DNA of 42,466 nt from an uncultured Candidatus Saccharibacteria bacterium (GTDB lineage: Bacteria; Patescibacteriota; Minisyncoccia; Phycocordibacterales; JACOZG01), in assembly GCA_964361825.1 (NCBI GenBank), contig CAYICB010000007.1, positions 1 to 42,466 of the forward strand. The letters are read 5' to 3'. Positions within the stretch are counted from its first letter, which is position 1, and the number at the start of each line of letters is the position of its first letter. The notes below the pieces were generated by a model. That model searched no databases, had not been told where the DNA came from, and saw only the letters and a list, made by a program, of their open reading frames with translations. Of the stretch, positions 35,899 to 42,466 are shown piece by piece. A program made the position numbers and the translations under genes.

Positions 35899-36436
35899 GG
35901 CAGTATTTTTCGATCGGGACGGCACAATAAACGACCTTGTCTATCGGGGAGGAAATTGTCGGGTAATGGGGAAAAAAGTGTGTTATACGGCCCCGTGGAA
36001 ATTTTCTGAGTTAAAGATCAAATCGGGGGTTGTCTCGTTTCTAAATCGTTTAGGGCGGGAAGGATTTTTGCGTATAATAATTACCAATCAGCCTGATTTA
36101 GAATATAAAACACTCAATATTGTTGAGCACAAAAAAATAATTAGTTATCTTAAAAAAATGCCGATAGACGATATTTATGTTTGTCCTCATGGACGCAATC
36201 AAAAATGTTTATGTCGTAAGCCAAAACCAGGTATGATTTTAGAGGCAGCAAAAAAATGGAAAATTAATCTGGGCGAATCTTTTTTTATCGGTGATAGTTT
36301 AACCGATATTCAAGTTGGGAAAAATGTTGCTTGTAAAACAATTTTTATTAAAAAAAATATTGATGATGAATGTTTGGAGGCTGATTTTATCGCACGGTCT
36401 ATCGTCGAGGCAGGGAAGATTGTTTTTTTCAACTAG
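35891..36436 (+). CDS. gmhB: HAD-IIIA heptose-bisphosphate phosphatase-like
   Basis: FDRDGTIN; TNQ; CPH...CLCRKPKPG; IGD. Confidence 0.8.
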   Translation: MNKAVFFDRDGTINDLVYRGGNCRVMGKKVCYTAPWKFSELKIKSGVVSFLNRLGREGFLRIIITNQPDLEYKTLNIVEHKKIISYLKKMPIDDIYVCPHGRNQKCLCRKPKPGMILEAAKKWKINLGESFFIGDSLTDIQVGKNVACKTIFIKKNIDDECLEADFIARSIVEAGKIVFFN

Positions 36437-36506
36437 AAAATAAGGTTGATACTTAATTGTTTTGGACATTTGCCCCCTACTCTGCTATGTTTGATTGGAA
36501 ACAGAC

Positions 36507-37493
36507 ATGAACTCACCTATAATTTTAGTACGTGTCCCGTTCAGAATTTCTCTCGGTGGTGGGTCAACAGATCTTCCGTCGTATTACAAAAAATACGGAG
36601 GTTTTGTGTTTGGTGTAGCCATTAATCTCTACATGGATATTTTAATAAAAAACACGAAATCGGATAATTTAATCCATGTTCATTATCGTCAATTTGAGTC
36701 AGTTGATCACCCGAAAAAGGTTGAACACGAGTTGGCGAGGGAGGCTTTGCTGGCTTTGGGGATCAGAGACTCAGTGGCTATTTCTTTTAAAGCAGATACT
36801 CCGGCGGGGACGGGTTTGGGTTCATCTGGGGCATGCACAGTTGCTCTCCTCAAGGGGCTTAGCGTTTTCTCTGGGAATGAAATTAGTAATAAGATTGCGG
36901 CAGAAAAATCTTTTTTTATTACTCAGAAACTGGGATTACCAGATGGGCCACAGGACCCCTATCTTTGCTCAGTGGGTGGATTTACAGTTTTAAATATAGA
37001 TAAAGATGGAGAAATTGAAATAATTAAACCACGGATAAAAAAAGAAATTAGTAAAAATTTTTTTGATAACACACTATTTTTTTATACTGGGGTTAAACGA
37101 GATAGTTCAAAAATTCTTGCCGCCCAAGATCATAAAAAAGCTTTGGAACTTAAACACCAAACTAAAAACATTGGTTTGGAAATATACAAATCCTTCGAGA
37201 CTGGTAATCTTGAATCATTCGGACCACTTCTTGATGAACACTGGAAAATAAAAAAGGAAATGTCGGGGAATATCTCCAACCCCGTTTTCGACGGTATTTA
37301 CAATAAAGCGAAAAGAGCCGGGGCATTAGGAGGAAAAATAATGGGGGCCGGAGGAGGAGGCTATTTTATGTTTTACTGTGGATCAAAAAAGAGCAAAGAT
37401 AATGTTCGACAGGCTTTAAAATCTTTTGGGATGAAAGAGATGTTTTTTGACGCAGACCTGTTGGGGGCTAGGCATAAAATCATTAGTTTTTAA
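36507..37493 (+). CDS. hddA: GHMP kinase, D-glycero-D-manno-heptose-7-phosphate kinase-like
   Basis: PFRISLGGGSTD; GTGLGSSG; QD; GGKIMGAGGGG. Confidence 0.8.
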   Translation: MNSPIILVRVPFRISLGGGSTDLPSYYKKYGGFVFGVAINLYMDILIKNTKSDNLIHVHYRQFESVDHPKKVEHELAREALLALGIRDSVAISFKADTPAGTGLGSSGACTVALLKGLSVFSGNEISNKIAAEKSFFITQKLGLPDGPQDPYLCSVGGFTVLNIDKDGEIEIIKPRIKKEISKNFFDNTLFFYTGVKRDSSKILAAQDHKKALELKHQTKNIGLEIYKSFETGNLESFGPLLDEHWKIKKEMSGNISNPVFDGIYNKAKRAGALGGKIMGAGGGGYFMFYCGSKKSKDNVRQALKSFGMKEMFFDADLLGARHKIISF

Positions 37494-37609
37494 AGACGGG
37501 GCTAGTGGCCACCAACCTTACTGGTTTGTTGGCATAATTAATTTTATTTGTCAAACTTGTCTAGTTTGGAGGTGTGGAGTAGCATTACTCTTATTGTCCT
37601 ATTTTGCCC

Positions 37610-38227
37610 ATGAAATTTTCCCAGAAGTTCCTGTTTCAAGTCAAACAAGTAGCCGATCAGTTTGATCTGGATTCTATAGAAAGGACGGTTGATGAGTTGG
37701 TAGCAGTGCGGGCGCGATGGGGCAGATTATTCATCCTTGGAGTCGGTGGCAGTGCGGCCAACGCTTCCCACGCGGTAAATGATTTTAGAAAAATTTGTGG
37801 CTTCGAGTGTTATGCACCCACCGACAATGTCTCAGAATTGACAGCTCGCACCAATGATGATGGTTGGGCGAGCGTCTTTTCTGAATGGTTAAAAGGGAGT
37901 AAAATTAATGCGCGAGATGGACTTCTGATCTTCTCTGTCGGTGGGGGTGATCTGGAGAAAAATGTTAGTTCCAATCTGGTGGGGGCTATACAACTAGCTC
38001 AAGAAGTTGGGGCGACAATTGTTGGCGTAGTCGGGCGTGATGGTGGTTATACTGCCAAAGCTGCCAACGCTTGCGTTATTATACCGGTTGTACACCCAGA
38101 CCATGTGACACCTCACGCCGAGGCCTTCCAGGCGGTGATTTGGCATTTATTTGTGTCACATCCAAAACTAAAAGTCGGTAAGACCAAGTGGGAAAGCGTT
38201 ATGTATAAGGGAAAAAATAAAAAATGA
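37610..38227 (+). CDS. gmhA: SIS-domain phosphoheptose isomerase-like
   Basis: GVGGSAANASH; TARTNDDG; GRDGG; HAE. Confidence 0.75.
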   Translation: MKFSQKFLFQVKQVADQFDLDSIERTVDELVAVRARWGRLFILGVGGSAANASHAVNDFRKICGFECYAPTDNVSELTARTNDDGWASVFSEWLKGSKINARDGLLIFSVGGGDLEKNVSSNLVGAIQLAQEVGATIVGVVGRDGGYTAKAANACVIIPVVHPDHVTPHAEAFQAVIWHLFVSHPKLKVGKTKWESVMYKGKNKK

Positions 38228-38958
38228 AATTATTTATTGATACTGCTAATTTGGGGGATATAGAAAAAGCGTTTGAACGTGGCATCGTACGAGGGGTAAC
38301 AACTAACCCCTCTTTATTAGCGAAAGAGCCGAAAGTTGAGTTTGAAAAACACATCTCGAAAATAGTTAACTTAATCAAAAAATACGATAGCGGGGCCCAT
38401 CTGAGTGTCGAGGTTTTTTCTCAAGACAGTAAGGAGATTTTGCGTCAGGCACGAAGGTTTAAAAATTTTTTTAAGTTGCCCTCACTAAGCGTTAAGGTTC
38501 AAGTTGGCTGGGACGAGCTGGAAATAATTCACCGATTATCAGAAGAAGGAGTTTCAGTTAACTGTACCGCTTGTATGACTGTTGGCCAAGCAATTCTTGC
38601 GGCTCAGGCTGGAGCAAAATTTGTTAGTTTGTTTTGGGGGAGAATTAGAGATGGCAACAAGGATAATAAATTTAAGGCTCAATATGAGCAGTCAATAAAA
38701 GACCGAGTTCTTAGTGAGGAGGATTTTGACCCAGCTACTGTTGTCAAAAAGACGAGAGAAATAATCGATCGGCAAAAAATTAAATCAGAAATTATTGTCG
38801 GTTCAATTCGAGGAGCCAAGGATATAATTGATGCTGGTATGGCTGGAGCTCACATTGTCACTGTCCCCCCAAAATTTTTTCCCGTCATGGCTTCACATTT
38901 TAAAACTACCGAGGTTGTGAATCAGTTTCTTTCTGATTTTGCCGGCTGGTTAAAATAA
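38224..38958 (+). CDS. Transaldolase / fructose-6-phosphate aldolase family
   Basis: LFIDTAN; GVTTNPSL; VNCT; VSLFWGR; GSIR. Confidence 0.88.
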   Translation: MKLFIDTANLGDIEKAFERGIVRGVTTNPSLLAKEPKVEFEKHISKIVNLIKKYDSGAHLSVEVFSQDSKEILRQARRFKNFFKLPSLSVKVQVGWDELEIIHRLSEEGVSVNCTACMTVGQAILAAQAGAKFVSLFWGRIRDGNKDNKFKAQYEQSIKDRVLSEEDFDPATVVKKTREIIDRQKIKSEIIVGSIRGAKDIIDAGMAGAHIVTVPPKFFPVMASHFKTTEVVNQFLSDFAGWLK

Positions 38959-38966
38959 ATTTTTTG

Positions 38967-39833
38967 ATGGTCGATTCTTCATTGTTACAATGTTTACAGT
39001 GTGGAGGAGCTCTGAGAAAACTGGGGGGTGCGGTTGTGTGTAAAAAATGTGAACATTTGTATCAAATGGACGGTGAAACAATTATATTTAGAAAACCTGC
39101 ACCCGATCGGCTTCGAGTTATCTCTTCGTTGAACCAGCGTGACAGTATCATTTTGTGGATTAAATCCCAAGTAAAAAAGAACCCGTTTTTGTTTGACATT
39201 CTAAATCTCTGGTCCGGTGCTTTTATTGGGTTGTCTGCCAAAAAAGTGGTTAGTGGTTTTAAGGAGGGGCAGGTGGTTTTGAATCTTGGTTCTGGTGTTA
39301 AGAAGGTTGGCCCAGGGGTCATAAATGTTGATTATGATAAATTTCCAGGAGTTGCGGTTGTGGCCGATGTCTGCTCTTTGCCGTTTAAAAACAATAGCAT
39401 TGATGTCATTATTGCCGAATCATTACTAGAACATCTCCCACAACCAGAGGTTGCGGTGGCTGAAGTGTGCAGAGTGCTAAAGCCACGGGGTGTCTTTTAT
39501 GTGGTGACACCGTTTATGTTGGGGTATCACGCTTCTCCTCGTGATTATTATCGCTGGACGGAATTTGGCATGCGTGAATTACTAAGCTCTTTTAGCGTTG
39601 AGATTTCCGGGTCAGCCTGGGGACCGACCACCGCCCTAACTTCTATGCTTGGTAATTGGTTGGCTATCATCTTTTCGTTTGGTCACTCGCTTTTGTATCA
39701 AATTTGGTTGGCCATATTCATCTTTATTTTTGGCCCAATTACCTATCTCGATTATATTGTTGGTAAACATCCTCGGGCGACTGATTACTCACATGGGTTA
39801 TATTTTGTTGCCAGAAAAAACGTTGTCACATGA
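38967..39833 (+). CDS. SAM-dependent methyltransferase with N-terminal CxxC...CxxC knuckle
   Basis: VLNLGSG; LLEHL; RVLKPRG; DYYRWT. Confidence 0.85.
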   Translation: MVDSSLLQCLQCGGALRKLGGAVVCKKCEHLYQMDGETIIFRKPAPDRLRVISSLNQRDSIILWIKSQVKKNPFLFDILNLWSGAFIGLSAKKVVSGFKEGQVVLNLGSGVKKVGPGVINVDYDKFPGVAVVADVCSLPFKNNSIDVIIAESLLEHLPQPEVAVAEVCRVLKPRGVFYVVTPFMLGYHASPRDYYRWTEFGMRELLSSFSVEISGSAWGPTTALTSMLGNWLAIIFSFGHSLLYQIWLAIFIFIFGPITYLDYIVGKHPRATDYSHGLYFVARKNVVT

Positions 39834-41494
39834 GCTCGTGGAAAAATTTTTTTGACTCCAAATATTTATTTATCCTGGGCTTAGTTGCCTGTTTTTCGTT
39901 ATATTTTATTTTTAATTACAATCTGGGGGTCGGTGCTCTAAGTAGTGATGTGTGGGGTTATCAATTTTTGGAAATCCAGTCTCGGTATCATCATTGGGGT
40001 GATGTTCCTCCTTCTTACAATCAATCAGAACTATATTTAGCTTTCCCCCTCTTCTATTATCTGAATCCTGGGTTGGACAGCGGGTTGTGGAGCTATCACC
40101 TTTTATCCATTGTGGTAATTGCTGCAACATATTTGATTAGCGGGTTGGTGGCTTACAAGATTTTTCGTTCTTGGTGGATTGCCGGTCTAGTGGGGGTTTT
40201 GGTTTTGATCCCTAGGTTTATTTTTCCAACCAGGATGGGGTTTTTAGATTTATCCAGTTTGCGTGGCAACATCTTGGCTGCGCCGTTTTATTTTTTGCTC
40301 AGTTATTACTGGATAATTTATGGAATAAAATCTCAATGGCAAAACATTGGGTTGGGGGTTTTGGCTGGTTTTTTGATCTATGTTTATCCTCCTGTGGGCG
40401 CCATTACAGTATTTTTTTTCTGGTTGACCGCCTTGGTAATTTATCGTTTTTACAAATGGAAACCATTGGCTGTTTTTGCGCTCGTGTATTTGGTGGCGGC
40501 CGCACCCTTTTGGTTGAACCACGTTATTAATCCGGCTACTGGGATGTTAGACCAAACCACGGGGTTGTCGGCCGAAGAAATTTTATTACAGTCAGAAATT
40601 ATTCAGTACAAATTTCGTGGCAGTGGATTTTTGCAAACGGTTGATTTTGCTGAAATTAAGCGATCGGTTTGGGATGGATCGGTTTTGGTGTTGCTTTGGG
40701 TGTTGGGCGTGTGTTTGGTAAAAAGATATAAGTCACAGATAACGGAAGAACAAGCTAGGGTGAGTTTTATTACCAACTGGTTCATTGCCTTTAACTTAAT
40801 CTTTATCTTTGTGATCGAGGTGACTAATTATTTTTTTATCACACGTGGTGGCTTACCGATTTTTGTTGACCACTTGCGACCAGTACGAGCGGTGGGTTAT
40901 GTTTTAATCATGCAAGCAGCCATTTTTGTTTATTTATGGCATCGTTTTTTCTCTCGACGATGGATTGTTTTTTTGGTAATTGTTTGGTTGGTTTTTGGAC
41001 CATTAAGATTTTCTGCTCCCCTTGTTAGGTCGGTGGTTAGGGCAGTTGTTCCGGAATCAATTCGAGAAAAATATAATTTGGCACCGGTAATAGGATCGTC
41101 GGATGAATTAAAATTTGAGAATGTTTTAGCTGCGGCCGAATGGGCAAGAAAAAACTTGTCCGCAGAAGCAAAAGTTTTTGTTTTCTCCGGCAATCAACAG
41201 GACTTTGCTTTTAAGTTTTTTAGTCGGCACAACACCAATTTAACCAATAAGGAGGGCTCAATTTGGGTTACCGCCGGATTTTATAATAGTAAACATTGGT
41301 ATGATGAGCGTCGGCGGTACCAAGAGGTGGTTGAATCAGCACAGAGTTTTGAAGAAATTGTCATTTTTGCTCAAGAGCTTGATTCCACACATATGCTGGT
41401 TCCTCGCGGACCGTACTGGCAATTATGGACCACATTTAGCGAAACCCTTCCGGTTTTGTATGAAAACTCTGACTATGTAATCATTAAATTATGA
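39830..41494 (+). CDS. Polytopic membrane protein, possibly GT-C-like
   Basis: Roughly 10-12 hydrophobic helices and a soluble C-terminus; glycan-cluster context. Confidence 0.55.
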   Translation: MSSWKNFFDSKYLFILGLVACFSLYFIFNYNLGVGALSSDVWGYQFLEIQSRYHHWGDVPPSYNQSELYLAFPLFYYLNPGLDSGLWSYHLLSIVVIAATYLISGLVAYKIFRSWWIAGLVGVLVLIPRFIFPTRMGFLDLSSLRGNILAAPFYFLLSYYWIIYGIKSQWQNIGLGVLAGFLIYVYPPVGAITVFFFWLTALVIYRFYKWKPLAVFALVYLVAAAPFWLNHVINPATGMLDQTTGLSAEEILLQSEIIQYKFRGSGFLQTVDFAEIKRSVWDGSVLVLLWVLGVCLVKRYKSQITEEQARVSFITNWFIAFNLIFIFVIEVTNYFFITRGGLPIFVDHLRPVRAVGYVLIMQAAIFVYLWHRFFSRRWIVFLVIVWLVFGPLRFSAPLVRSVVRAVVPESIREKYNLAPVIGSSDELKFENVLAAAEWARKNLSAEAKVFVFSGNQQDFAFKFFSRHNTNLTNKEGSIWVTAGFYNSKHWYDERRRYQEVVESAQSFEEIVIFAQELDSTHMLVPRGPYWQLWTTFSETLPVLYENSDYVIIKL

Positions 41495-42466
41495 CTTTTC
41501 TTTTTGTGGCGCCGCGTTATCACACTAATTTACATTTCCAGATTAAAGCCCTGGTTGATCACGGTCACCTCGTCCATTTTTGGAGTTTATATCGTGGGGG
41601 GGCAGAATACTACGAAGCCGTGGTGCCCAAGGTTCTTGGTTTTTCCTCAACCTTTCTTTTTTTAAATCGTCTGTTTAATTCTAGTGGTGGGCGCTTAATA
41701 AAAAACAATTTTGAGCTTAAATATGGCTACCCGCCGCTTTTTGACTTGCTTCGTCGGCAAGCTCTTCTCAAACCGGAGGTGGTCGTCATCAAAAATATTG
41801 CTAGTTTGTATTCTTTAATTGTTGCCGCGTTTGCCAAGCTTTCTGGTTCGCGTGTAATCTTTTTAGTGCAAATTCCAAAACATCGTTCTAAGACCAAAAG
41901 TTTTTCGGTGTTTTTGGTTGGTTGTCTTTTTGGTGCGAAAGTGATCACTCCTGTGCTCGGTGAGACTAGTTTTAAAAATAAAAACGATAATTTAATTTAT
42001 ATTCCATTTAGTTATCCTGGAGTAACAATTCTCCCGGCGCGTTTTGTTTCTGGTTCGGTTAAAATTATCTGCGTTGGTAAATTTCAAGAACGTAAAGATC
42101 AGTTATCTTTGGTTGAAGTCTTAAACACACTAAAAAACAAACACGATTGGCGCCTAACTTTGATTGGTCAGGATGATGAAGAGATTTATATCAAAAAAAT
42201 GCATCAATATATTACTATCCACAATTTAGCCAACTTAATTACTGTCAAAACTGATTTACCTTGGGAACGGGTTCAAAAAGAGTATGCCGCCCACGATCTG
42301 TTTGTCTTACCCAGTTATCTTGAGGCGGCGTCTTGTGCTGTATTGGAGGCGATGGCTCACGGCTTACCCGTTTTGACCTCAGACGATAATGGCACCATGT
42401 GGTATGTGCGACCTGGAGTTAATGGTGAACATTTTCGGGCCAGAGATAAATTGGATTTGTTGACCA
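41491..42466 (+). CDS. GT4 glycosyltransferase, running off the window end (absent from the ORF track)
   Basis: MTFLFVAPRYH...VGKFQERKDQ...LFVLPSYLEAASCAVLEAMAHGLPV; no stop before the end. Confidence 0.85.
   Translation, partial: MTFLFVAPRYHTNLHFQIKALVDHGHLVHFWSLYRGGAEYYEAVVPKVLGFSSTFLFLNRLFNSSGGRLIKNNFELKYGYPPLFDLLRRQALLKPEVVVIKNIASLYSLIVAAFAKLSGSRVIFLVQIPKHRSKTKSFSVFLVGCLFGAKVITPVLGETSFKNKNDNLIYIPFSYPGVTILPARFVSGSVKIICVGKFQERKDQLSLVEVLNTLKNKHDWRLTLIGQDDEEIYIKKMHQYITIHNLANLITVKTDLPWERVQKEYAAHDLFVLPSYLEAASCAVLEAMAHGLPVLTSDDNGTMWYVRPGVNGEHFRARDKLDLLT

Noticed and set aside
1-42466. tRNA or rRNA genes
   Set aside because: No cloverleaf or rRNA signature seen in the short intergenic regions; not checked computationally

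Overview
This looks like a chromosomal window of a Patescibacteria/CPR (Parcubacteria-like) bacterium; the lineage is inferred from gene style, not proven. Left to right it holds a large surface protein with an S74 chaperone domain, fic, a dockerin/cohesin-like trio, murD and murC flanking two degenerate YfiH/PgeF-like paralogs, and a DUF4015 hydrolase. The key feature is an atypical compact type V-like CRISPR locus at about 14.6-17.9 kb. It encodes a 573-aa TnpB/Cas12-like protein with a degenerate RuvC (GVHIA in place of GVDxG, no zinc finger, no clear third Asp) and a Cas1 lacking its N-terminal domain, with no cas2 or cas4. Its minus-strand array has 38-bp repeats and 30-32-nt spacers, preceded by a ~190-nt multi-hairpin tracrRNA-like RNA with a bipartite anti-repeat. 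That RNA's promoter is back-to-back with an MNT-HEPN toxin-antitoxin pair. The rest is a VirD4/TraG-like ATPase and a ~22 kb surface-glycan cluster (GT4s, two B12-radical SAM enzymes, wecB, a heptose pathway with transaldolase). All family calls come from motif recognition by eye; no searches were run.
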